Origin: a bacterium
GTDB lineage: Bacteria > UBA6262 > WVXT01
DNA: 39,976 bases
Assembly (NCBI GenBank): GCA_046759165.1
Contig: JBHIBS010000015.1
Coordinates: 1 to 39,976 of the forward strand
Reading direction: 5' to 3'
The translations under genes were made by a program, and so were the position numbers. The notes beneath the pieces are model-generated. The model was not told the DNA's origin. It did not search any database and worked only from the letters and a program-made list of their open reading frames with translations. Shown piece after piece: positions 17,613 to 27,090 of this stretch. How positions within the stretch are numbered: the stretch's first letter is position 1; the number at the start of each line of letters is the position of its first letter.

Positions 17613-18551
17613 ATGGGAAATGCATTAAAGATATTTACTGGAAGGGCGAATCCTAAACTGGCAGAAGAGATATGTAGATATGTTAGAATCCCTCCGGGGA
17701 AGGCAATGGTTACGAAATTTGCTGATGGTGAATGCAGAGTGAAGATAGAGGAGAACGTTAGGGGGACCGACTGTTTCATAATTCAGCCTACCTGTCCCCC
17801 GGTAAATGACAACCTAATGGAACTTTTGACGATGATCGATGCCTTTTGCCGGGCTTCTGCGAGGAGGATTACAGCTGTTATTCCCTATTATGGTTATGGC
17901 CGACAGGACAAGAAGGACGAACCCCGTGTTCCCATTACAGCTAAGTTGGTCGCCGACTTAATTACAGCAGCGGGAGCCCATCGAGTTCTCACTATGGACC
18001 TTCATGCTACTCAGATTCAGGGTTTCTTCAAAATTCCTGTTGATAATCTCTATGCCATACCCGTTTTGCTCGATTACTTCCAGAAAAAGGGTTTAAAGAA
18101 GTTAGTAATAATTTCACCTGATCCTGGAGGAGTGGAACGCGCTCGTGCTTTTGCTAAGCGGATAAAAGCTTCGCTGGCATTAGTGGATAAACGTCGTCAA
18201 GCGCCCAATGTGGCTTCAGTAATGAATATCATTGGCGAGGTTGGAGGCAGAAGCGTGATTATTCTTGACGACTTGATTGATACTGGTGGAACAATCACAG
18301 GCGTGGTCAAGGCATTAAAGGAGAAGGGTTCTCAGGATATCTTTGCTGCCTGTTCACATGGAGTTCTATCCGCTTCGGCAGTCGAAAAGATTGAAGAGTC
18401 TGAACTGAAGGAGCTGGTGATTACCAATTCAATCAATTTGGAAGATGAAAAGAAATGTAAGAAGATTACTGTCCTTTCGGTTGCCGAGCTTTTGGGAGAG
18501 GCGATTAAGAGAATTCATAAAGAGACCTCAGTTAGTACGCTCTTCGTGTAA
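17613..18551 (+). CDS. prs: Ribose-phosphate pyrophosphokinase
   Basis: KFADGE, PYYGYGRQD, MDLHATQIQGFF, SPDPGG, DDLIDTGGT. Confidence 0.98.
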   Translation: MGNALKIFTGRANPKLAEEICRYVRIPPGKAMVTKFADGECRVKIEENVRGTDCFIIQPTCPPVNDNLMELLTMIDAFCRASARRITAVIPYYGYGRQDKKDEPRVPITAKLVADLITAAGAHRVLTMDLHATQIQGFFKIPVDNLYAIPVLLDYFQKKGLKKLVIISPDPGGVERARAFAKRIKASLALVDKRRQAPNVASVMNIIGEVGGRSVIILDDLIDTGGTITGVVKALKEKGSQDIFAACSHGVLSASAVEKIEESELKELVITNSINLEDEKKCKKITVLSVAELLGEAIKRIHKETSVSTLFV

Positions 18552-18572
18552 TTATTTCTTTGGAGGTTGCAA

Positions 18573-19295
18573 GTGGCTCAGGAAGAAGTAGTCTTAAATG
18601 CTCAACCAAGGGAGAACACCACCAAGGGCAGGACCCATCAACTGCGTCGGGAGGGGAAGCTCCCGGGGGTATTATATGGAGGAAAAGAACCGGCGATATC
18701 TATAGTTATTGACCAGAAGGAATTTTTAAAAGCCCTTCACACAGAGCACGGGGAAAATGTGATTATATCCCTCTATATTTCCGACTCGATATCCAGTCCC
18801 TCCAAGACAAGTGAAAAACCTGTACCAGCGATTATTAAAGAGATTCAAATCGATCCCATAAAGAGGGACTTTGTTCACCTCGACTTGTGTCGGATCTCCT
18901 TGAGAGAGGAAATTCAGGTTAATGTTCCAATTGAAATCTACGGCGAAGCTCCAGGAGTGGAGAAAAGTGGGGGAGTTCTCGACCATGTTGTCCACGAAAT
19001 AGCAGTAAAGTGTTTACCAATGAAAATCCCAGATAAGATCATTTGCGATGTCTCCTCACTGGACGTGGGAGAGACCTTGACCATTAAGGATTTGAAAATG
19101 CCCAGAGGTGTAGAAGTATTAGAGGATCCTGAAAGTATTGTGGTAAGCATTATTGCTCCCACTATAGTGGAGGCGAAGCCGCCTGAGGAGGAGGTTGCTC
19201 CTACAGAGGTTTCAGAGCCTGAGGTTATTAGCAAAGGGAAGAAAGAGGAAGAGGAAAAGGAAAAGGAAAAGGAGGAAGAAGGGGCTAAAGAGTGA
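18573..19295 (+). CDS. rplY: 50S ribosomal protein L25/Ctc
   Basis: LRREGKLPGVLYG, HLDL, C-terminal beta domain and acidic tail; GTG 18573 behind GGAGG. Confidence 0.95.
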   Translation: MAQEEVVLNAQPRENTTKGRTHQLRREGKLPGVLYGGKEPAISIVIDQKEFLKALHTEHGENVIISLYISDSISSPSKTSEKPVPAIIKEIQIDPIKRDFVHLDLCRISLREEIQVNVPIEIYGEAPGVEKSGGVLDHVVHEIAVKCLPMKIPDKIICDVSSLDVGETLTIKDLKMPRGVEVLEDPESIVVSIIAPTIVEAKPPEEEVAPTEVSEPEVISKGKKEEEEKEKEKEEEGAKE

Positions 19296-19909
19296 GGCTT
19301 ATCGTTGGTTTAGGCAATCCTGGGAAGCAGTATGAACATACAAGACATAATCTTGGATTCAGAGTGGTAGATGCGCTCTCCAATCAATGGGGAATAAAGC
19401 TCACTAGACATAAGTGTCTTTCGCTAACTGGCGAGAAAAAGCTCTCCTCAGTTTTTTGCCGCAAAACTTTTAAGCGGACCTCCGATGGTTTAAGTAGAAG
19501 TTTCTCTCTCCAAACTATTGTTCTGGCTAAGCCTCTGACCTTTGTAAATGATAGCGGGCAGGCGGTGAAAGCTCTAGTCGATTGGCTCAAAATAGAGAGA
19601 GAAGAAATCCTGGTTATTTATGACGATTTTAATATACAGAAGGGAAAGTTGAGGTTGAAAAAAAGTGGTTCATCTGGTGGACATAAGGGATTAGAATCCA
19701 TAATCGAATCCTTAGGTTCCGAAGAGTTTCCTCGCCTGAGGCTGGGCATTGGTAGAGGGGAAGAAGATTTCGAACCCGCCGAATATGTCCTCGAGAAATT
19801 TGGTGAAGAGGAAGAGAGTCTTGCGGATGAGATGATAGGAAGAGCATGCCAGGCGGTGGAAAAAATAATTACCGAAGGTATTGATGCAGCAATGAGTAGA
19901 AAATGGTGA
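19292..19909 (+). CDS. pth: Peptidyl-tRNA hydrolase (with an apparent ~20-aa insertion)
   Basis: LIVGLGNPG, TRHNLGF, KPLTFVN, GGHKGL, RLRLGIG. Confidence 0.95.
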   Translation: MRLIVGLGNPGKQYEHTRHNLGFRVVDALSNQWGIKLTRHKCLSLTGEKKLSSVFCRKTFKRTSDGLSRSFSLQTIVLAKPLTFVNDSGQAVKALVDWLKIEREEILVIYDDFNIQKGKLRLKKSGSSGGHKGLESIIESLGSEEFPRLRLGIGRGEEDFEPAEYVLEKFGEEEESLADEMIGRACQAVEKIITEGIDAAMSRKW

Positions 19910-19912
19910 GTC

Positions 19913-19935
19913 GTAGCGGTAGAGAGAAGCTCTAC
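19913..19935 (+). repeat. GTAG REP-like hairpin
   Basis: GTAG-CG-GTAGAG-AGAAG-CTCTAC. Confidence 0.7.
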
Positions 19936-19961
19936 ATGTTAGATTTTCTTAAGGCTGACAG

Positions 19962-21272
19962 GTGAAACTGTTTACCCTTTCTATTTTTGTCATAAGTTAC
20001 TTTTTTTTTATCTGGAAGAAACAATACAAGGCACAGGTATGCTGGATTGCCTGTGCTGTTTTGTTCCTTTTCGGAATAATTGGATTTTTTGACATTTTTG
20101 CCATAATTAATTGGAATGTGCTCGGTATATTCTGGGGAACACTGGTTGTGGCTCAGCTGTTCAGTCTTTCTGGCGTCCCGGCCTATTTGGCTAATATTCT
20201 GGTAGCGAAGGCAAGATATGTTAACTGGGCAATTCTTTTGGTTTGCCTATTGGCGGGAGCCATTTCTGTGTTTGTGGAGAATGTTGCCACTGTCCTCATA
20301 GTTGCTCCCATAGCCCTGGCAATCGCACAGAAGTTGAGAGTGAATCCTGTTCCCTTTCTGATCGCCATTGCCATCTCCAGTAACTTACAGGGGGCAGCCA
20401 CCTTAGTTGGCGATCCGCCCAGTATAATTCTGGCAGGATTCTCTGAGATGAACTTTAATGATTTTTTTCTTCTTTCTGGCAGACCGTCCATCTTTTTTGC
20501 CATTCAACTTGGTGCATTGGCCTCTCTAGGGGTTCTCTATTTTGTTTTTCGAAGAAATAGACAGGGTGTGGGAGTTGTCGAAAAGGCTGGGGTGACAACA
20601 TGGATACCAACCTTTCTATTGGTTTTTATGATTTTAGGCTTGGTGGGAGCTTCCTTTCTGGGAACTTCCATTGGTCACCGTCTTTCAGTTAATCTATCGG
20701 GCATTATTTGTGTGGTCTTTGGTTTTATTGGCCTAATTTGGCACGAGTTGACTGGGTTGAGGCTTAGAAAATCTAATCGAGGAAAATTGGGAAGTACCCT
20801 CTTCAATGACATCAGGATTCTCGATTGGGAGACCTTTTTCTTTCTTGCCGGGATCTTTCTCATAGTGGGTTCCTTAACTAAAGTGGGAATTATTGATGAT
20901 TTGGCCAGTTTCCTTATCGGCTTTGCGGGAGACAATCGATTAATGGCCTACCTTGCAATTGTTTGGGGCTCAGTCTTCTTTTCTGCATTCGTAGATAACG
21001 TTCCCTACGTTCTTGCCATGCTTCCTGTTGTGCGCAGTTTAGCCTTGGGAATAGGAATGAATCCGTACCTTCTCTATTTTGGCCTATTGATTGGCGCTTC
21101 TGTGGGAGGCAATATTACTCCCGTTGGCGCCTCTGCTAATGTAGTTGCCTGTGGAATGTTGAAGAGGAATAACTACACTGTAGATTTTGTCCAATTCATA
21201 CGCATCGGTTTGCCATTCACATTCTTTGCAGTATTGACCGGTTCTATTTTTACCTGGTTAGTCTGGAAATAA
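19962..21272 (+). CDS. ArsB/NhaD/CitMHS (ion transporter superfamily) permease
   Basis: Many TM helices; SNLQGAATLVGDPPS, SAFVDNVP, GGNITPVGASAN motifs. Confidence 0.88.
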   Translation: MKLFTLSIFVISYFFFIWKKQYKAQVCWIACAVLFLFGIIGFFDIFAIINWNVLGIFWGTLVVAQLFSLSGVPAYLANILVAKARYVNWAILLVCLLAGAISVFVENVATVLIVAPIALAIAQKLRVNPVPFLIAIAISSNLQGAATLVGDPPSIILAGFSEMNFNDFFLLSGRPSIFFAIQLGALASLGVLYFVFRRNRQGVGVVEKAGVTTWIPTFLLVFMILGLVGASFLGTSIGHRLSVNLSGIICVVFGFIGLIWHELTGLRLRKSNRGKLGSTLFNDIRILDWETFFFLAGIFLIVGSLTKVGIIDDLASFLIGFAGDNRLMAYLAIVWGSVFFSAFVDNVPYVLAMLPVVRSLALGIGMNPYLLYFGLLIGASVGGNITPVGASANVVACGMLKRNNYTVDFVQFIRIGLPFTFFAVLTGSIFTWLVWK

Positions 21273-21333
21273 GGAAGATGCACGGGGATTTGGTTCGCTT
21301 TTGAAGTCTTTGTTCTCTGGCCGGTGTCAAAAC

Positions 21334-21537
21334 TCAGGAATTAAAAGATAGTTTGTTCCTCGCTGAGGAATTTCTTTACGCCAAAAAGCTCAGGCTTTGC
21401 AGCGCGCAAATCAAAACTCCTGCTCTTGGGTCGTGGAACAATGATTTGCTCGGAAGAGAAGAAGTAAAAGCATCCCGATTAAGGATCAAGATGTGGATTA
21501 GCGGGTTTGGGGGGATAATCTGATTCCCCCAGGGGGA
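21334..21537 (+). ncRNA. Candidate structured non-coding element, copy B
   Basis: Homologous to 15621-15836; also enclosed by GGGATTTGGT/ACCAAATCCC (21285-21294/21548-21557) and TGTTCTCT/AGAGAACA (21311-21318/21541-21548). Confidence 0.55.
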
Positions 21538-21591
21538 GAAAGAGAACACCAAATCCCTCGCACGATAAATCGAAAAGGTAGGTTTGGGAAG

Positions 21592-22215
21592 ATGGCTATC
21601 AATTTTCGAAAGATAATCGAAAGACAATTTTTGGCTGGAATAGCTGTCCTTCTGCCCATAGGACTGACCCTATACATCGTCTGGATTCTGTTTAACCTTG
21701 TGAGTAAAGCTTTCTCGCCTTTACTGATAAGGATTCCTCTTTTACAAGAAATGCCCGTTGTTGTGCTAAGAGTTGTAGGTGTTCTAATTACTTTCCTCAT
21801 CATCTGGATAATTGGTCTAGTAGCCACAAATATTGTTGGTAGAAAAATCCTTAAATTACCAGAAGTTCTCCTACTCAAAGCCCCTGTAGTTAACCGCGTC
21901 TACCAGACTCTAAAACAAATCATTCAGACGATAATTGTTTCCAAGACAGCCATGCGCCAGGTCGTGCTGGTGGAGTATCCTCGCAAAGGAGTCTACACAG
22001 TTGCTTTCGTGACCAACATTTATGAGGAGAAAGGGAAGAAAAGGTTTTCCCTTCTTATCCCCACAACTCCCAATCCCACCTCTGGATTCTTCTTGATCCT
22101 TCCTGAGGAAGAGGTAGTTCCCTTAAACATGACAGTCGAAGAGGGTATGAAATTGGTAATTTCAGCTGGAATTATTACTCCAGAAGACTATTCTATCAAG
22201 ATTCCCGAAAAATAA
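21592..22215 (+). CDS. DUF502 family membrane protein
   Basis: Two N-terminal TM segments, VLVEYPRKG, PTTPNPTSGF, KLVISAG. Confidence 0.92.
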   Translation: MAINFRKIIERQFLAGIAVLLPIGLTLYIVWILFNLVSKAFSPLLIRIPLLQEMPVVVLRVVGVLITFLIIWIIGLVATNIVGRKILKLPEVLLLKAPVVNRVYQTLKQIIQTIIVSKTAMRQVVLVEYPRKGVYTVAFVTNIYEEKGKKRFSLLIPTTPNPTSGFFLILPEEEVVPLNMTVEEGMKLVISAGIITPEDYSIKIPEK

Positions 22216-22227
22216 TACTCGAGATTA

Positions 22228-24324
22228 GTGGAGGATGGAGTGGTTGAATCGCTCAGAGATTTACCCAGTATAGGAGTGGCTTTAGGGTCGGGATTTCTCG
22301 GATTATTGTTTGTGGTCTATCTGTCCATCAAGATTCTCAGAAAAAGTCAGGGAACAAAGAGAATGAGAGAGATTTCGGAAATGATTCACGATGGAGCCAT
22401 GGCTTTTCTTTTCCGTGAGTTTTCAGCGATTATTCTCTTCGTGGTTACTTTGGGTGCGATTCTCTACTTCTTTATGGCTAAAAAGACAGCGATGGCATTT
22501 GTGGCAGGAGCATTCTGTTCGACTCTGGCAGGTTATTTCGGAATGCAAATTGCCACTCGCTCGAATGCCCGCACTGCCCAGGGCGCTACCAAGAGTTTTA
22601 ATGAAGGGCTCGGGATTGCTTTTCCCGGCGGAGCAGTAATGGGGATTAGTGTTGCAGGTCTCGGCTTACTAGGATTATCTTTTGTATTCTTAATCTTTCT
22701 CCACCACGCGGGCCTACATTACGAAAACCTTCTAGATAGGGTCATTGAGGCAACCCAACTTATCGTGGGTTTCAGTATGGGGGCTTCATCTGTAGCCCTT
22801 TTCGCTCGTGTGGGTGGTGGGATCTATACCAAAGTTGCAGACATGGGTGCGGATTTAGTGGGCAAAGTTGAAGCGGGCATTCCAGAGGATGATCCCCGTA
22901 ATCCAGCGGTAATTGCAGATAATGTTGGTGACAATGTTGGCGATGTTACGGGTATGGGCGCAGACCTGTTTGAATCCTATGTAGGCGCAATAATTTCGGC
23001 AATTGTTATTGCGGTAGCTTTTCAAGACATTAAAGGAATAATGTTAGCGTTGCTTCTGCCCGCCTGGGGAATTATCTCCTCCATTATTGGAATCTTCTTC
23101 ATACGAACCGCTGAGGGAGGAGACCCTCAGAGAGCTCTCCGTAAAGGAATGGTTGCCAGCGCTTCTCTTCTCATAATTGGCGCTTTCTTCTTGGCAACTT
23201 TCTGGTATGGGAAAGTCAATGTCTTCTTAGCCGTTCTTTCGGGATTATCTGCGGGAATGGTTGTTGGATTTACTGCGGAGCATTATACATCGGGCAAAGT
23301 TGTGCGAAATATAGCCAAATCATCGCGCACCGGTCCAGCTACTAATATCCTCCAGGGGATATCCTCTGGAATGTTCAGTGTAGCAATTCCTGTAGTAGCC
23401 ATAGGAGTGGCTACTATTGTTGCTTATAGGTTTGCAAATATTTTTGGCATAGCTCTTTCGGCGGTGGGGATGCTATCGATCACAGGGATGACTGTGGCCA
23501 TAGATGCCTATGGACCAATTGCTGACAATGCTTGCGGCATTGCTCAAATGGCTGGAATGGCTCCTGAGGTTAGGTCGCGAGCTGAAAGACTCGATGCAGT
23601 GGGCAACACAACGGCAGCCATTGGTAAAGGATTTGCTATTGGCTCTGCTGCCTTAACTGCGTTGGCTCTTTTCACTGCTTTTGCTCAGACTGTTGGATTG
23701 AGCGTATATGATGAGGTTACCAAGACTTCAACACTTATTCTAAATATAATGAAGCCAGAAGTTGTTGCTGGACTCTTTATAGGCGGTGTGGTTCCTTTTC
23801 TCTTTTCTGCCGCCACAATGCAGGCAGTGGGCAGGTCGGCTTTTAAAATCGTGGAAGAAGTGAGGAGGCAGTTTAGGGAGATTCCCGGCCTTATGGCTGG
23901 TACGGCAAGGCCGGATTCGGCTCGCTGCGTCGATATTACCACTCGGGGAGCTCTGAGAGAGATGGTGGTTCCAGGAATTGGAGCTGTCCTCTTGCCTCTC
24001 ATCCTGGGAACCATTTTGGGAGTCGAAGCACTGGGTGGGTTTTTGGCCGGCTCCCTTGTTACAGGAGTTCCCTTAGCAATATTTCTCGCTAACGCAGGAG
24101 GAGCTTGGGACAATGCCAAAAAATATATTGAGGAAGGTAATTTAGGTGGAAAGGGTTCTGAAGTGCATAAGGCCTCTGTGATCGGTGATACTGTTGGAGA
24201 CCCTTTCAAGGATACAGCGGGTCCCTCCTTAAATATCTTATTGAAGTTGATGGCTGTGGTATCTTTAGTATTTGCTAATGCGATTCTGGCATTCCACAAC
24301 TGGTTAATTAGCCTCTTCATATAA
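22228..24324 (+). CDS. hppA: Membrane-integral pyrophosphatase, K+-dependent, probably Na+-translocating
   Basis: [50 protein letters not shown] and DLFESY. Confidence 0.95.
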   Translation: MEDGVVESLRDLPSIGVALGSGFLGLLFVVYLSIKILRKSQGTKRMREISEMIHDGAMAFLFREFSAIILFVVTLGAILYFFMAKKTAMAFVAGAFCSTLAGYFGMQIATRSNARTAQGATKSFNEGLGIAFPGGAVMGISVAGLGLLGLSFVFLIFLHHAGLHYENLLDRVIEATQLIVGFSMGASSVALFARVGGGIYTKVADMGADLVGKVEAGIPEDDPRNPAVIADNVGDNVGDVTGMGADLFESYVGAIISAIVIAVAFQDIKGIMLALLLPAWGIISSIIGIFFIRTAEGGDPQRALRKGMVASASLLIIGAFFLATFWYGKVNVFLAVLSGLSAGMVVGFTAEHYTSGKVVRNIAKSSRTGPATNILQGISSGMFSVAIPVVAIGVATIVAYRFANIFGIALSAVGMLSITGMTVAIDAYGPIADNACGIAQMAGMAPEVRSRAERLDAVGNTTAAIGKGFAIGSAALTALALFTAFAQTVGLSVYDEVTKTSTLILNIMKPEVVAGLFIGGVVPFLFSAATMQAVGRSAFKIVEEVRRQFREIPGLMAGTARPDSARCVDITTRGALREMVVPGIGAVLLPLILGTILGVEALGGFLAGSLVTGVPLAIFLANAGGAWDNAKKYIEEGNLGGKGSEVHKASVIGDTVGDPFKDTAGPSLNILLKLMAVVSLVFANAILAFHNWLISLFI

Positions 24325-24406
24325 TCATAAAATTTTCTCTTCCCTAGGTCGCGCACCCTTTCTCGACCTCGCTCCTGTTTCGGGAAAAGCTAAGACGGAA
24401 AAGCAT

Positions 24407-25471
24407 ATGGAATTAGGAATTATTGGTCTTCCAAACACAGGGAAATCCACTCTCTTTAATGCTCTAACTGCGGGTCATGCTTCAGCTTCTAACTATCCCT
24501 TCTGTACTATTGAGCCTAATATTGGAATTGTGGAAGTTCCTGATGAAAGGCTGGAGAAACTGGGGGAGATTTATAAACCCCAAAAGTTGACCTATACTAC
24601 GATAAGGTTTTTAGATGTGGCTGGTCTAGCAAAGGGAGCATCGAAGGGCGAAGGTCTGGGAAACAAATTTCTATCGCATATTCGAGGGGTGGATGCTGTA
24701 GTCCACCTCGTTCGTTGTTTTCGAGATGAAAAGGTGGTTAATGTTATGGGAGATATCAATCCGGTGAGGGATATCGAAGTTGTCAACACGGAGCTTATGT
24801 TGGCAGATCTGGAAGTGGTAGGGCGAAATATTGAAAAATTGAGTGGTCGAGCTAAAAGCGGCGATAAGGAGGCTAAAGAGAAACTGAAATTACTCGAGGA
24901 GATGAGAGAAGGCCTGGAGAAGGGAATTCCCACAAGGAGAATAGAAGTCCCTGAAGATCTACGAGCGTCGTACAACTTACTTACAGCCAAGCCAGTTCTA
25001 TATGTGGCTAATGTGGATGAGAAAGACCCTGGTTTGGGAAAGAGGGTGGAAGAGTATGCCAAGGGAGCAGGGGCTGAGGCTTTGAGTGTGTCGGCAGAAG
25101 TGGAAGCTCAAATTGCTCAATTGGAGAAGGAAGAAAGGAAGAAATTTAGAAAAGAGTTGGGTATACAGAAGAGCGCATTGGAGCGTCTGATCCGATCTTC
25201 TTATAGATTGCTCGATTTAGTTACTTTTTTCACTGTTGTGGGGACCGAGGTGAAAGCCTGGACAGTAAAACGAGGTTCTTCAGCCGTATCGGCAGCAGGG
25301 AAGATACATTCTGATATGAAGAAAGGATTTATCAAGGCCGAAGTCTTCTCCTTTAAAGATTTAGAGAAAGGTGATGAAAAGACGCTACATGAGAGAGGAT
25401 TGGTCAGGATAGAGGGAAGGGATTACGAAATTCAAGATGGCGATATAGCGCGTTTTAGATTCCATGTCTAG
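24407..25471 (+). CDS. ychF: Ribosome-binding ATPase YchF
   Basis: GLPNTGKSTLFN, NYPFCTIEPN, GASKGEGLGNKFL, IHSD TGS domain. Confidence 0.97.
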   Translation: MELGIIGLPNTGKSTLFNALTAGHASASNYPFCTIEPNIGIVEVPDERLEKLGEIYKPQKLTYTTIRFLDVAGLAKGASKGEGLGNKFLSHIRGVDAVVHLVRCFRDEKVVNVMGDINPVRDIEVVNTELMLADLEVVGRNIEKLSGRAKSGDKEAKEKLKLLEEMREGLEKGIPTRRIEVPEDLRASYNLLTAKPVLYVANVDEKDPGLGKRVEEYAKGAGAEALSVSAEVEAQIAQLEKEERKKFRKELGIQKSALERLIRSSYRLLDLVTFFTVVGTEVKAWTVKRGSSAVSAAGKIHSDMKKGFIKAEVFSFKDLEKGDEKTLHERGLVRIEGRDYEIQDGDIARFRFHV

Positions 25472-25473
25472 AA

Positions 25474-25514
25474 CATAGACTATAGACATAGACCATAAAC
25501 TGTAGACTTCAGAC
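25474..25514 (+). repeat. Degenerate heptamer tandem array
   Basis: CATAGAC TATAGAC ATAGAC CATAAAC TGTAGAC TTCAGAC. Confidence 0.7.
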
Positions 25515-25542
25515 AAAAGAACAGGAAATGTGGATTTTTTTC

Positions 25543-25571
25543 TTGCAAAGCCGAGACCGATTTTATATAAT
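25543..25571 (+). promoter_or_regulatory. Probable sigma70 promoter of the rpsF operon
   Basis: TTGCAA, 17 bp, TATAAT. Confidence 0.7.
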
Positions 25572-25613
25572 TCTAATAAATTTTCGTCCTTGAGATAGAA
25601 AGGGATAAGTTTT

Positions 25614-25922
25614 ATGCGTACATACGAAAGTATCTTTGTTTGTCCGCCCGATGTGCCACGTGAAGAACAGGAAGAACTTGCCAGAAAGTTTGAGAAAATC
25701 ATAACCGAGGGGCAGGGCGAGGTAATTTCCTGTGATAAATTGGGACGTAGGAAGCTGCCCTATGAAATAAAAGGTTATAAAGAAGGTTTTATGTATTGCC
25801 TCAATTTTAATTCTCCGCCGACTCTGATCCCAGAGTTGGAAAAGAATTACCGCGTTACTGATAAAGTGATTAGACACTTAATCGTGAAGGTAGATAAGAA
25901 GAAACTGAAAGAGGAAAAGTAA
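25614..25922 (+). CDS. rpsF: 30S ribosomal protein S6
   Basis: MRTYES, LGRRKLPYEIK, VIRHLIVK; rpsF-ssb-rpsR order. Confidence 0.95.
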   Translation: MRTYESIFVCPPDVPREEQEELARKFEKIITEGQGEVISCDKLGRRKLPYEIKGYKEGFMYCLNFNSPPTLIPELEKNYRVTDKVIRHLIVKVDKKKLKEEK

Positions 25923-25997
25923 CGACTGAAGAGTCAAAAGTGGAAGAAGGAAAGGAGAACCCAACTGGCGAAATCTAAATAGAAAGGGGGACCCATA

Positions 25998-26456
25998 GTG
26001 GCTAAAGGGACGGTCAATAAGGTTATTCTGATTGGTCGTTTGGGGAGTGATCCAGAACTTCGGTATACACCGAATGGTGATGCTGTAGCAAATTTTAGAA
26101 TAGCAACGAACAGGGTCTGGAAAGACCAGGAAGGCAATCAACAGGAGAAGACCGAATGGCATAGGATAGTAGCCTGGAGGAAATTGGCAGAAAGGTGTGG
26201 AGAGTACCTCAAGAAGGGAAGCCATGTGTATATTGAGGGGAGATTGGAAACGCGTAGGTGGGAAGACAAGAACGGAAACAAAAGATATGTAACAGAAATT
26301 ACAGCGAATCGGATGCAGATGCTTGAAGCTAAAGCCAAAGTTGGGGCTACTGAGCAAGCTCCTCCAGCAGAAGAGGGGGAAGTTTTTGAAGAGAAGGAAG
26401 CTAAACAAAGGGAAGAGATAAAAGAAAGTGAATCGGAAGACGAAATTCCGTTTTGA
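25998..26456 (+). CDS. ssb: Single-stranded DNA-binding protein
   Basis: [26 protein letters not shown]-terminal DEIPF. Confidence 0.97.
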   Translation: MAKGTVNKVILIGRLGSDPELRYTPNGDAVANFRIATNRVWKDQEGNQQEKTEWHRIVAWRKLAERCGEYLKKGSHVYIEGRLETRRWEDKNGNKRYVTEITANRMQMLEAKAKVGATEQAPPAEEGEVFEEKEAKQREEIKESESEDEIPF

Positions 26457-26511
26457 ATTCTTCTTTCGATATTGGCTGAAGAATGCCGACGAGGGGTAGG
26501 TCAGAGAAAAA

Positions 26512-26793
26512 ATGGTTCCTAATGGAGAAAGGAAAAGTAAAGTAAAAAAGAGAGGCCCGGGTTTTGGAAGGAGGCGGTATCAGCCTTTTCGAAAGAAGGT
26601 ATGTCGCTTCTGTGTAAAGAAGATAAATTATATCGATTATAAAGACATAGGAGTCCTTAAGAGTTACATAAGCGATCGAGGCAAGATTCTATCCAGTAAG
26701 GTTACTGGAAACTGTGCTAAGCACCAGCGTACCCTGAGTAGAGCTATAAAGAGAGCAAGAAGTATTAGTTTGCTACCGTTCACCACGAGATAG
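26512..26793 (+). CDS. rpsR: 30S ribosomal protein S18 (zinc-ligand form)
   Basis: [27 protein letters not shown]. Confidence 0.96.
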   Translation: MVPNGERKSKVKKRGPGFGRRRYQPFRKKVCRFCVKKINYIDYKDIGVLKSYISDRGKILSSKVTGNCAKHQRTLSRAIKRARSISLLPFTTR

Positions 26794-26865
26794 AAGATGT
26801 CAATCTCTCCAGAAATATGCCGTCTGTTCTGGATCAGAATTCATACCTTCAATTTTCCCTATTTA

Positions 26866-26903
26866 TTGGCTGAAATTTAAAAAGCTCTTCACAAATTGTC
26901 TTT
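26866..26903 (+). repeat. 38-bp intergenic repeat, copy 3
   Basis: TTGGCTGAAATTTAAAAAGCTCTTCACAAATTGTCTTT; 34/38 identical to copy 2. Confidence 0.85.
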
Positions 26904-26921
26904 CCAAATGTTGTAGTAAAT

Positions 26922-27036
26922 GTAGGGGTTCGGTTCATCGAACCCGTAAATGAATATAGTCACAGAGCGAAGCTCTGCCTCCCAAGGGTCCGCGTAGGCG
27001 ACTTGCCATTCACTCCTCCCCAAGGAGGCTAGTCGC
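26922..27036 (+). repeat. Cluster of REP-like hairpins
   Basis: GTAG-GGGTTCG..CGAACCC (26922-26945); ATAG-TC-ACAGAGC-GAA-GCTCTG (26956-26977); GCGACTTGCC...GGCTAGTCGC stem. Confidence 0.7.
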
Positions 27037-27090
27037 ACGAATAATTCTGGTGGCCGCAGGCAAGGGAATATTTGGCAAGTAGAGAGAACG

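Noticed and set aside
23685-24356. Long antisense ORFs (also 9027-9572, 24592-25062, 25878-26408, 39382-39969 and the shorter ones)
   Set aside because: They lie opposite well-supported genes and have no motifs; shadow ORFs
25586-25613. S6:S18 ribosomal leader (TCCTT/AAGGG hairpin over the RBS)
   Set aside because: Position is plausible, but the stem is too short to call without a covariance model
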